A stretch of 20,000 nt of DNA from Chiloscyllium plagiosum (Eukaryota), in assembly GCF_004010195.1 (NCBI RefSeq), contig NC_057751.1:2354492-2374491 (forward strand), in the 5' to 3' direction. The position numbers and the translations under genes are program-made. Below, one piece after another: positions 9,801 to 20,000 of this stretch. Numbering within the stretch: position 1 is the first letter of the stretch; every line of letters begins with the position of its first letter. The notes under the pieces were generated by a model. That model was given only the letters and a program-made list of their open reading frames with translations. It searched no databases and had not been told where the DNA came from.

Positions 9801-10602
9801 TGACGCAGTTGTTGAACCCATCTGTTAATTAAAACCAAACAGCCAGAAAAGCTCATCTCATAGTCTGTTAAAATGTGAGTGATAGAGAACTCATAAATTA
9901 CAGCAATATAAAGAATAGCAATTTCTTTTTCCTAACTCTGATGGTGAACATTAAGCAAAAACTATTCACAAATCCAAGCCCCACCTTTTCTTAACTACTT
10001 ACTATCTGGCCCCAACTCTATAAAAATAATATTGTTCCAATAACACCACTTACTAAAAATTACATTAACTTAATCTCAAAACCACATAGTCTCTGGCTTC
10101 CTCACCGTCTTCAGTCTTCCGGCTGATGATCTCCCTGGGTCATCTTCTTTCTTTTTACTGTGAGTACATTGCACATGAAAAGGTACCTTTGATAGAGAGT
10201 GTTTTCTAATTTTTTTGAGAGCAACTTTTTCAATGGGCAGTTAGCTCTTCGGCTCTACAGCAATTGCTTGCTGTTGGATAGCAGTTGCTCTCCTAATTTT
10301 CAAAATACCAAGTTTATGTACCCTCCAAAACATGTTCAATTCTTCTAATTTGATTGATTTCCAGGTGTCAAAACAATAAAATTCAAATTCCATTGGCTTC
10401 TGGTATGCTGGGCTGTAACTTAAACTAATTGGTTAAATTCAAATTGTTATCAATACAACAACCAAACCTCAGCTATCTATTGAATAGCCATTTATTACAT
10501 TTGGAACAGCCTAACCTTTAGCTGGCAGCTATGGCTGCACTTTAAATTGAGAAAAATGCTTTCTATCTGAAAGTGACTTTACATGCTTTCAACTTTGTAA
10601 CA
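9797..10602 (-). mobile_element. Solo-LTR-like insert (TGT...ACA), related to 14376-15902
   Basis: Interrupts the Rex1 RT between LSPLL and YTH; termini tgtatgac...gtaaca. Shares blocks with 14376-15902 (taaaaccaaa..ccaga; tctgttaaaa; taattggttaaattcaaa vs taattggctaaatttaaa). No clean TSD. Confidence 0.5.
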
Positions 10603-10971
10603 GTAGAGGGCTGAGTACACATCCTTGCAGGGTACTGGTGTCGAGAGAATTATGGTGGAGGAGGTGCTGTTGTCTTTCTTCACTGCTTGAGGTCCGTGGG
10701 TCAGGAAGCTGAGGACCCAGTTGCAGAGGATGGATGCCGAGGTCTCAAGAGTTTTGAGATGAGCTTTTTGGGCATTATAGTTTTGAAGGTGGAGCTGTAG
10801 TTGATAAGGAGGAGCCTGACAGAAGTATCCTTGTTATCCAGATGTTCCAGGGATGAGTGTAGGGTGAGGAAAATGGTATCCGCTGTGGACGTGTGTCGCC
10901 GGTCAGCAAATTGCAGGGAATGGAGGCAGGCTTGGAGGCATGTGGGACATGACTAACCTCCAGAAACACTT
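10603..10971 (-). mobile_element. Rex1/Babar-type LINE, RT piece 2
   Basis: Minus strand KCF..RLVMSH...PLQFADRRHTSTADTIFLTLHSSLEHLDNKDTSVRLLLINYSSTFKTI...QGCVLSPLL, with frameshifts. Confidence 0.85.
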
Positions 10972-13900
10972 AAGAGTCACAGAGTCAGAGAGATATACAG
11001 CATGGAAACACACCCTTTAGACCAACCAGTCCATGCTGACCAGATATCCCAAACCAATCTAGTCCCATCTGCCGGCACCCGGCCCATATCCCTCCAAACT
11101 TTTCCTATTTATATACCCATCTAGATGACTTTTAAAGGTTGCAATTGTACTCGCCTCCAACACATCCTCTGGCAGCCCATTCCACACACACCACCTTCTG
11201 CGTGAAAACGTTGCCCCTTAGGCCTCTTTTACATCTTTCCCCTCTCACCCCAAACCTATGCCCTCAAGTTCCGGACTCTCCCACCCCAGGGAAAAGACCT
11301 TGTCTGTTTATCCTATCCATTGCATTTCATGATTTTATAAACCTCTATGAAGTTGCCCCTCAGCCGCCGATGCTCCAGGAAAAATAGTCTGAGCCTACTC
11401 AACCTCTCCTAGCAGCTCAAATCCTCCAACCTGGCAACATGCTTAAAAACATTTTCTGAACCCTTTCAAGTTTCATGACATCCTTCCGATAGGAAGGAGA
11501 CCAGAATTCCAAAGTGGTCGAACCAATATCCTGTACAGCTGCAACATAATCTCCCAACTCATGTACTCAATACTCTGACCAATAAAGGAAAGCATATCAA
11601 ACGCCTTCTTCACTATCCTATCTACCTGCGATTCTACTTTCAAGGAGCTATGAACCTGCACTCTTTGTTCAGCAACACTCCTGAGGACCTTACCATGTCA
11701 TGCTAAGATATGCTTTCCCAAAATGCAGCACCTCACATTTATCTGAATTAAACTCCATCTGCCACTCCTTGGCCCATTGGCCCATCTGATCAAGATCCCA
11801 TTGTAATCCGAGGTAACTTCCTTCGCTGTCCACTACACCTCCAATTTTGGTGTCATCAGCAAACTTACTAACCATACCTCTTATGCTCACATCCAAATCG
11901 TTTATATAAATGAAGAAAAGGAGTGGACCCATCATCAATCCTTGTGGCACTCCACTGGTCACAGGCCTCCAATCTGAAAAAAGACACTCCACCAGCACCC
12001 TCTGTCTTCTACCTTTCAGCCAGTTCTGTATCCAAATGGCGAGTTCTCCCTACATTCCATGTGATCTAACCTTGCTAACCAGTCTTCCATGGGGAACCTT
12101 GTCGAACACCTTACTGAAGTCCAAATAGATCATTCTACACTTCTCTGCCCTCATCAGTCCTCTTTGTTACTTCTTCAAACAATTCATCAAGTTTGTGAGA
12201 CATGACTTTCCACACACAAAGCCATGTTGACTATCCCTAATCAGTCCTTGCCTTTCCAAATACATATACATCCTGTCCCTCAGGATTCCCTCCAACAACC
12301 TGCCCACCACCGACATCAGGCTCACTGTTCTATTGTTCCCTGGCTTGTCCTTACCATCTTTCTTAAATAGTGACGCCATGTTAGCCACCCTCCAGTCTTC
12401 TGGCACCTCACCTGTGATTATCGGTGATACAAATATCTCAGCAATGAGCCCAGCAATCACTTCCCTAGCTTCCCACAGAATTCTAGGGTATACCTGATCA
12501 GGTCCTGGGGATTTATCCACTTTTATGCATTTCAAGACATCCGGCATTTCTTCCTCTGCAATATGGATATTGTTCAAGATGTCACCATCTATTTCCCCAC
12601 ATTCTATATCTTCCATGTGCTTCTCCACAGTAAACACTGATGCAAAATACTCATTTAGTATCTCCCCCATCTCCTGCAGCTCCACACAAAGGCCGCCTTG
12701 CTGATCTTTGAAGGGCCCTATTCTCTCCCTAATTATTCTTTTGTCCTTATATTGTAAAAAACCTTTGGATTCTCCTTAATTCTATTTGCCAAAGCTATCT
12801 CATATCCCTTTTTTGCCTTCCTGATTTCCCTCTTTAGTGTACTCCGACTGCCTTTATATTCTTCTGAGGATGCACTTGATCTCTGCTGTCTACCTGACAT
12901 ATGCTTCCTTCTTTTTCTTAACCAAACCTTCAATTTCTCTCGTCATCCAGCATTCTCTACAACTGCCAGCCTTTCCTTTCACCCTAACAGGAATATACTG
13001 TATCTGGACTCTTGTTATTTTGTTTCTGAAGGCTTCCCATTTTCCAGCCGTCCCTTTACCTGCGAACATCTGCCCCCAATCAACTTTTGAAAGGTCTTGC
13101 CGAATACCGTCAAAACTGACCATTCTCCAACTTAGAACTTCAACTTTTAGATCTGGTCTATCTTTTTTCATCGCTATTTTAAAACTAATTGAATTGTGGT
13201 CACTGGCCCCAAAGTGCTCCCCCACTGACACCTCCGTCCCAAGCGTAGGTCAAGTTTTGCACCTTCTCTGGTAGGTGCATCGACATACTGAATCAGAACA
13301 TTTTCTTGTACATGCTTAACAAATTCCTCTCCATCTAAACCTTTAATATTATGGCAGTCCCAATCTATGTTTGGAAAGTTAAAATCCCCTACCATAACCA
13401 TCCTATTATTCTGACAGATAACTGAAATCTCCTTATAAATTTGTTTCTCAATTTCTCACTGACTATGAGGGATCTATAATACAACCCCAATAAGGTGATC
13501 ATCCCTTTCTTATTTCTCAGTTCCATCCAAATAACTTGCCTGTTTTTTTGGGAATATTCTCCCTCAGTATAGCTGTAATACTATCCCTTTTCAAAATGCC
13601 ACTCCCCCTCCTCTCGTCTCCCTTACTGTCCTTCCTGTAGCATTTGTATCCTGAAACATTGAGCTGCCAGTCTTGTCCATCCCTGTAAATGCTCTGATAT
13701 ACCATTCCCATGTTCCTAACCATGCCCTGAGTTCATCTGCCTTCCCTGTTAGGCCCCTTGCATTGAAATAAATGCAGTTTAATTTGTCAGTGCGACCTTG
13801 TTCTCTGCTTTGTTCCTGCCTGCCTTTATTGTTCTCTTCTTTTCTCAACTGTACCAGTCTCAGATTGATCTCTTTCTTCACTATCTCCCTGGGCTCCACC

Positions 13901-13977
13901 CGCAACCGTATTAGTTTAAATCGTCCCAAGCACCTTGAGGAAATCTCCCTGCTAGTGTATTAGTCCCCTTTCAATCC
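10972..13977 (-). mobile_element. CR1 LINE, ~3.0 kb, decayed: end of ORF1, ORF2 (EN+RT) and 3' UTR
   Basis: LNCIYFNARGLTGKADEL; VGDFNFPNIDW; SDHNSI; SGVPQG..GPLLFFIYINDL; FADDTKIGG. 3' tail ctctctgactctgtgactct. 5' end GTNTLAGRF..DLN* (ORF1 end). Confidence 0.93.
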
Positions 13978-14054
13978 CTATATCAATGTCAAAACAGTCC
14001 CATGGTCACCTCTAGTCAGTGTTATAATCCAGGACCAGAGCTCGGAAGAACATC

Positions 14055-14158
14055 TTTCCCTCCCCACCCCTTCGACAATCCTTGATTTGCACCACTATCC
14101 TCATGGCACCCATCCCCCCCCCCCTCCCCCGCCTCCCCACCCCTCCCCTGAACCCCCA
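14055..14158 (-). repeat. C-rich low-complexity tract (G-quadruplex-forming potential on - strand)
   Basis: cccccccccTcccccGcctccccAcccctcccctgaaccccc: more than four G-runs of 4 or more on the minus strand. Confidence 0.7.
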
Positions 14159-14164
14159 GGTACC

Positions 14165-14375
14165 TTCATGATTATGGAGGTCAGAGCTACCGGGCAGTCA
14201 TTGGTGAGGCACACTGCATGTGGTTTCTTCGGTTTTGGGATGGTGGTGCTCTTCTTGAAGCAGGTGGGGACTTTAAATTGTAGCAGAGGCTAACAATGTC
14301 ACTGAATACTTCTGTCATCTGGTCCACACAGGATCTGAGTGCACAGCCAGGCACTCTGTCTGGGCCAGTTGCTTT
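14165..14375 (-). mobile_element. Rex1/Babar-type LINE, RT piece 3
   Basis: KATGPDRVPGCALRSCVDQMTEVFSDI...VPTCFKKSTTIPKPKK...CPVALTSIIMK, which joins KCF at 10971. Confidence 0.85.
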
Positions 14376-15902
14376 TGTTATAAATTGGAGATCAACACCC
14401 TTCCTGATAACTAAAACCAAAACATCCAGAGGGGCTTGCCTCACCTCAAACTCTGTTAAAAGAAGTGCGACAAGTGGTGTAGCCCAGTCTGTTATAAAAG
14501 AGTGATTAAATGAAATGAAATCCTTCCACTCATTCTACAATCAACAAGGAACAATTTATTTACCGAACTCCAACAGTGAACAAATTAATACAGATTTTTC
14601 TCCTTTCATGCCATAGTTGCATTCCAGCAAAACCTCGCTTAATCGAAATAATGGGGCCCATTGGAAAGTTGGAGTTTGGGGCAGACTCACAAAGTGTCAC
14701 TCACAATTGCTCAAAAATCACCCACAAGTCTGATGCAAAGTATGGCACAACCTGAATGAACATTGAAATTATATTTATTAATGAAACAAAAGTAAATTTA
14801 ACACAATACATTTAACAATATAAGAAAGCTGCTCTCTGTACAGTACCCCTCACAGAAAACTGCTCTGTTGGCAGCTGACATCGTGCATGTGCAGAACGGC
14901 ACAGCGACTCTGACACGGACATCAGTGCATGTGCAGAATATTAAAAGCCTTGGCGCATGTGCAGAATGGCATGAAGCTTTCTGTGTGCACGTCAGCGCAT
15001 ACAAAGAATAAAGTGCGCAAACCATCCCCTTTCGAATCACTCTATTGCCAACGTAGATAAGCGTTCGACAAAATATCATAACCTAATTATTCAGCGACAT
15101 TCTCACCAAATCATGCTGCCAAAATAGACATTATCTCAGGACTACCTGTAGAACAGCTGACAAAATGAACATTTCTCCTCTACCCATTAACTGTTCCCAA
15201 ATAATCCAAAATTCTAAATGGTGTGCTGTTTCCATAAATACAAGTCCCACTCAGATAATAAAACAATAGAATTTAGTCTCTCAAACTTACAGCCAGGTTA
15301 TGTTTTCCGGATCTTTCTGTGTCTTCTCTATTGATCTTCTTTCAGGGATGCCTCCTCCTTTGAATTCTTGTATCAGGAATGCTTTTCTCCATCGAATTCT
15401 ATTGTCAGGAATACCAGCTAAGATTGCCACTGCAGCTTTAGTCAGATGTTGGTTACTCTGAGAGCTGAGAGATCTAATGTCTTCAGGTGTCAGTTTGCTC
15501 TCATAAGTCCTCTTCTTTTGTACCTTTGAGATGACCTGTTAATTTATTTGCAATCAGATTGGTTCTAGGTTGTCAAAGCCATCAGATTTAAATTTAATTG
15601 GTCTCTTGTCTCCAAGTGCTTGTTTTAAATTAATTGGCTAAATTTAAAAATCTGTTGTCTTGTTAAAAATGCTGCTTTGCCTGCTAGCAGTATGGCTTTT
15701 TGATACAAATGTTTCAATTCGAGAACCTACGACTGGCAAGCTGCTGCCCACACATACTCATTTTCAAATTGCTGGCATAGAACAAAAAGCACGCCATGTT
15801 TAAAGGGACTATGCATTGTCGCCCTCCCCCCACCATCATTTTTCAAACATCAAATTCCTAATCGCGTCTCACAATCCGCAAATACTCCACCCAATCACAG
15901 AA
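14376..15902 (-). mobile_element. LTR-like insert flanked by a 6-bp direct repeat TGCTTT
   Basis: tgcttt at 14370-14375 and 15903-15908; starts tgtta. Minus strand has three CCAAT boxes (~15558, 15597, 15633) and AATAAA (~14555). Homologous to 9797-10602. Confidence 0.55.
14591..15148. mobile_element. Tc1/mariner (Tigger-like) non-autonomous DNA transposon
   Basis: TA|cag...ctg|TA boundaries (14589-90, 15149-50). The right end reads caggtagtcctgag on the - strand, a Tigger-like TIR; the left TIR is degenerate. The segment has no counterpart in the sister element 9797-10602. Confidence 0.5.
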
Positions 15903-16395
15903 TGCTTTCCTCGAGTTTACTCTCAAGAAGACCAATCTATTGTCTGCAGTGGTGACAGAGGGAACCGGTGCATACCGGTCTATCGGGGCATGTGACGTCA
16001 TGCCACTGGCATTCTACGGAGCATAAAACGCACTGAGCACATCAGTGAGGAATGTGTTTTTGCCCACTATTTTGTTCTGCTTCATTTTGAAACCCATTAT
16101 GTCATGTAGGCCTTGCCACAGGCAGCGGGTGAGCATATGATTAGTTTGGGCCTCTGACTTGGTGTGGTACTGCCTCTTGACATCTCTAATGACCTTGCAG
16201 AGGTCATATCTTGATTTCCTGTAAAGATCTGGGTCATCCGAGTTGAATACCGTATACTAGGCAGTGGATTTCTCGGTTCATCTAAGGTTCCCGGAGGGGA
16301 ACATACTGATGAAGTTCTACATCCTTGTCTAGAAGTCCTCTTCACGCTAATGAAGTCCATGATGGTGGTAGCGTACTCGTCTAGGTATTCACTCA
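15903..16395 (-). mobile_element. Rex1/Babar-type LINE, 5'-most piece (5'-truncated)
   Basis: LDEYATTIMDFIS...LTDVLSAFYA...PVPSVTTADNRLVFLRVNSRKA, which joins KATGPD at 14375. Confidence 0.82.
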
Positions 16396-16397
16396 CC

Positions 16398-16650
16398 TCT
16401 CAAGTGAAAGAAAAATATCCCATCACACTCGTCAAAGCAAAGCAGCAGTATTTTCCTATTTTTCGGGGCCAATATTTATCCCACCACTAATTTGTTTAAA
16501 ACAGATGAGTTGTTTATGTATCACATTGCTGTTTCTGGGAATTTGCATCCTGCAAATTGGCTGCTTAATTTCAGATCTTGCAACATTAATTGGATTTCAA
16601 AAGTAAGTATCTAATTGGAGGTCATAAAAGGTCGATTACAAATCGCAGTT
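16398..16650 (+). mobile_element. DeuSINE-like SINE, 3' half
   Basis: ggccaatatttatccc...tatcacattgctgtttctggga...gcaaattggctgc...gaggtcataaaagg resembles the recalled shark SacSINE1-type body with an L2-like tail. Confidence 0.65.
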
Positions 16651-16939
16651 CTGAGAATGGACAGAAGAAACTGTGTGGTGCTGAAATAAGGTTTGCTGTC
16701 AAATGTCACCAAAAGATTCCCTCAGTTTATTTCTCATGAACATTGCAGGGGAAATTCCCTTCAGCAGCTCTGATACCAGGATGGGGCAAGTGTTTTTGAG
16801 GCATTCAAGTGTAGCACAGAAGGCTGAAAAACAGAGAGGAATAAATCATGCTTCCTTGAAACACTGATGTTGATTTAACTGTTCACACCATAATATTTCA
16901 GCAGTGGAAGGAAATTACTACATATGTTAGAATCTGTAC

Positions 16940-17230
16940 TAAAAACAAAAAGTGCTCAAACTCACCGTGGGTCAGACAGCATCCGTGGAGAGAGAAAATC
17001 GAATCGTTCAAGTCTGGATGATTCTTCATCAACGCTGACATGAAATGTCCAGGGGCAGCATTTATGCTATAATGGGGATGTGGGGCTGATGGAGTGCTGG
17101 TGGAGGAAGGGTGTTGTTAGTTCAGATTAAGTGATCAGAATGTGAGAATGGCAGAACAATGGCATGTCTAACTGCCAGACTGAGAAGAATAGATAGTCCC
17201 ACTGGAGTTGGGGGGAGTGGAGAGAGGACA
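16940..17230 (-). mobile_element. Penelope-like terminal region with degenerate hammerhead-like core
   Basis: gggtcagacagcatccgtggag parallels aggtcaggcagcatccgaggag (2368-2389). Minus-strand core tTGATGAA-gaatc-atcca-gactt-GAAC at ~17004-17032. The extent beyond 17040 is inferred. Confidence 0.55.
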
Positions 17231-17526
17231 GTGTAGTCCGTAATGGATTCCACTGATTACTAACTTAACCATGAACAACACAGATTGATTTAATACCTAA
17301 CGGTTCATTCTGTGTTTAAAGTGCTGTTTTTGGCAAAAGAGTTTGAAAACGAGAACTCCACTGAAAGTATCTAAAGCAAATTCTGTTTTATCATGGACAG
17401 AAGCAAGGGCCAAAATTATTCCAGGCATGCACTTCTGACTGTCAGCAATAATGGAAAGGAGGTTGAAGGAAAAGAAGGAACTGGCATCAGAATGCAGCTA
17501 GCAGAAAGTAGAACAGGTGTAAGAAA

Positions 17527-18021
17527 GAAAGACTTGCATCTCGACAGTACCAGGAAAAACCTCAGTACAGCCCAGAGCAATTTATCATCTCTTAAATGAA
17601 ATCAGTTCAAAGTTGCAGGGAAGTCAACAGAAAATGTGTGCAATAAAAAAGGAGTAATATTAGACTTGAAACATTAATTCTGTTTCACTCTTCACAGATC
17701 TAGACAGACTAATGTGGGTTTTACAGGCACTTTTTATTTCTATTAATGTCATGATGTTGTTTGAAGGACAATTGTCCAGAGAATTGGGAGAAGTCATCTT
17801 CTCTGTGTTAAGTTCGGGACTGTGGGAGCTTTTACTTCTCCCTTGAAGAGACCAGGAAGGGTTAACTTTGGATTAATCCGATTATCCGCAGGACAGCATT
17901 TCTGACAGTTCAGCTCTCCCTCATTCGAGGCACTGGGACTGCTCGCCACCTTATGCTGAAGTCCTCAGACTGTGACCTTCCAACACAGCAGGCCAGAATG
18001 CTGCCCAGTGATTCATAGCTG
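17527..18021 (-). mobile_element. DeuSINE-like tRNA SINE, near full length, interrupted at ~17645-17745
   Basis: Minus-strand head tcagctatgaatcactgggcagcattctggcc...ggaaggtcacag; body gagggagagctgaactgtcagaaatgctgtcc; L2-like tail ending atgcaagtcttt. Confidence 0.6.
17645..17745 (+). mobile_element. Degenerate Penelope-like terminal fragment
   Basis: gagtaatattagacttGAAACattaattctgtttcactcttcacagat parallels 829-877 (gagtcttttcagactcaaaacgttaactccatttctttctccataaat). Confidence 0.5.
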
Positions 18022-18069
18022 AGACAAATGGAAAAGTCTTTTCATCACTGAGTTTTATTCTTATTCCAG

Positions 18070-18140
18070 TGGTTCAAGAAGCATACTCACCATCACCTTC
18101 TCAAAGACAGTTTTGGGTGTACCACAAAAGCTGGCCTTGT
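18070..18140 (+). mobile_element. LINE/SINE 3' tail fragment
   Basis: ggttcaagaagcatactcaccatcaccttctcaaagaca...aaagctggccttg is similar to the tails at 3168-3215 and 3488-3520. Confidence 0.45.
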
Positions 18141-18299
18141 GAGGTAATAAAATTTGCCAACTCCAAAATATAGAGAACTGATTTCAGGCTCTAATTGATG
18201 GGAGTTATGGGTGTTCCAGTTTTTAAGTCTGAGCAAGATATAGACAGTGCCCTGGGTTGAGGGTGGTGGGGGTGGTGGTGGGGAATGGGTGAGCTAACC

Positions 18300-18323
18300 A
18301 GAGAGAGAGAGAGAGAGAGAGAG
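18300..18323. repeat. (AG)12 microsatellite, preceded by a G-rich tract (18254-18289)
   Basis: Direct reading of the sequence. Confidence 0.95.
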
Positions 18324-18842
18324 GAGCACAGAAAATGTGATTTGTTTTTCTTTCTTTCCCATTTAGGCCCAAATGGTTAACATCCTCAAATGGAAGTAAT
18401 TGCTGGGAAGATACAATGCTGTTGTATTTGCATGGGTTGAATGTCTACGTCTGTGCCAAACACAAAGGTTTCATTAGGATATGCTGATGGAGAGAGATGA
18501 AGATGGGAGATGGGGCTTATGAGGAACATGAAGAAAATAGATTAGTTAGATGAAATGCCCAGTTATTGTGCAATGTAATTCTGATTTCTTGTCAGTGTTA
18601 CTTTCTGCATGTGCAGTGATGCATTACCTTCGGAAGCAGTAAGTTCTTTCTGTCCATGTTCTGAGACTGATGAAGCAGTGTTGTCATTCTCTCTCCAGCC
18701 CTGAATTTCCTTCTCAACAAAATATTCAATGGAAAAATCTTTCAAAAGCTGCATTGAATTGTAAACGTAACTACTTGGTGGTCTTTGACATGACAGAGAC
18801 CATTATTCTTCTAATCTCTGAACATTAACAAGAGAGTGTCAG

Positions 18843-19400
18843 GTGCATTTATCTATCGCCTTTAATGTCAAAGATCCAGTAGGTTCAGGGGAATGATCCA
18901 GAAAAGATGACTTTGGCACTGATGATGAAAAGCTTTACCAAAATCAAAGGTTTTGTGATGCACTTCTTGGAGGACAGAGAGAGAGGTTTAGAGGGGGAGT
19001 TTCAGGGCTTAGTGCCAGGGCACCTGAGGCACATCCCCTTAATGGTGACTTGAAGGAATTTGGATGGTTCAGCATCAGAGGAAATCAGAGATTTTGGTAG
19101 ATTGTCCAGCTGGAGAAATTTGAACAAACAGGTGAAATCAGAAATCAGTGAGAGATTTAAACACAAAGATGTAAGTAGGAATGCACAGGACTGGGGCTTG
19201 ATGCAAATTTGGACAATGCCAAGAAGTTTTGGATGAGCTCGTATTTACGGAGACTGGATAATCAAAGGCTAGCCAGGATAATATTGAAACAGTTGAGTCT
19301 GGAAGCAACAACACCATAGGTGAGAGGTTCATTATCACCTGTTCTGAGGCAAGGGAAGAGACTGACCATGTCCTGGTCTTGTTTTTCATGATGGAGAGAA
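18843..19400 (-). mobile_element. L2 LINE 3' portion (old, decayed)
   Basis: Minus strand ends taaaggcgatagataaatgcac (L2 terminus). Contains ccctctaaacctctctctctg and tccagactcaactgtttcaat (SRLNCFN, L2 RT-like); parallels 1400-1720. Confidence 0.7.
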
Positions 19401-19589
19401 TGACCATTGTAATCGGTGCTGCATTTTCTTTTCACTTCCCAAATCAGTTTATGGTCCATTTGGTGCTAAATATTGGACAGTCTTGTTCTTTCAAGCTACA
19501 TCAATGAAAATCTGAATTGATGTCACTGCACTAAAGAAAACTCGATTAGAGTATGACTCGCGCAAGTGAAAACACAATATCCAAACATA

Positions 19590-20000
19590 TTTTTCTTTGA
19601 CACTTTTGTTTTCATTTTTTTATTATATTTTTATTTAAAAAAATAGATTTTTAAATATTACAACAAATACAAAACAATGCAATTCAAAACAGTACAAAAA
19701 TAGTACAAAACTAAACCCAAATAATAAAAAAATTCCCCAACCCACCCTCCTATACGAATGTATAACCATATATAGAGAAGTATAAAATTTAAAAAAATCT
19801 AAACTAGCTATTTAACTAACTAAATAAATACCTAACAACAAACAAATAAAGAGTAATAACTCAGCCCAGCCAAACAAAACACTCATACATTCACGGCTCC
19901 TCCTCCCTGGATATTGGACTCATGAAACACAATCGTTACGGCTATATAAAAGCCCCTGTTAGTGTGGCAGATAAATCTGTGTCCAGGTATTTCAAAAAGG
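19590..20000 (-). mobile_element. L1/Tx1-like LINE 3' end (ORF2 end, T-rich 3' UTR, AATAAA, A-rich tail), truncated by the window edge
   Basis: Minus frame (P)FLKYLDTDLSATLTGAFI* with the stop at 19942-19944, then a G/T-rich UTR, aaataaaa at ~19628-19635 and an A-rich tail. Confidence 0.55.

Noticed and set aside
14087..14293. Polyproline ORF
   Set aside because: It arises from the C-run tract plus antisense Rex1 sequence.
9797..15902. Full provirus bounded by the two LTR-like sequences
   Set aside because: The interior is Rex1 and CR1 sequence colinear with the outside flanks, with no gag/pol/env, and the two copies are too diverged.

Overview
Repeat-dense, non-coding vertebrate genomic DNA. 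The repeat families suggest a cartilaginous fish, probably a shark (inference from recalled repeat consensuses, not a search). No intact protein-coding gene is supported: the ORF-track hits with recognisable products are fragments of decayed retroelements. Most of the window is nested transposable elements. (i) A + strand CR1 LINE (3619-7892) is split by a ~3.2 kb - strand CR1, which itself carries a small fold-back insert with a perfect 13-bp TSD. (ii) A - strand Rex1/Babar-type LINE is broken into four colinear pieces over 8935-16395 by two related LTR-like inserts and a ~3 kb CR1; one LTR-like insert holds a TA-flanked Tigger-like MITE. (iii) There are also tRNA-derived SINEs/DeuSINEs, L2 tails and an L1-like 3' end. 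The most notable signal is a family of short Penelope-like terminal elements carrying a hammerhead-ribozyme-like core (CTGATGA-stem-GAAAC). Two copies are TSD-flanked fold-backs, including a 94-bp-arm palindrome at 2335-2523 with back-to-back hammerhead cores.
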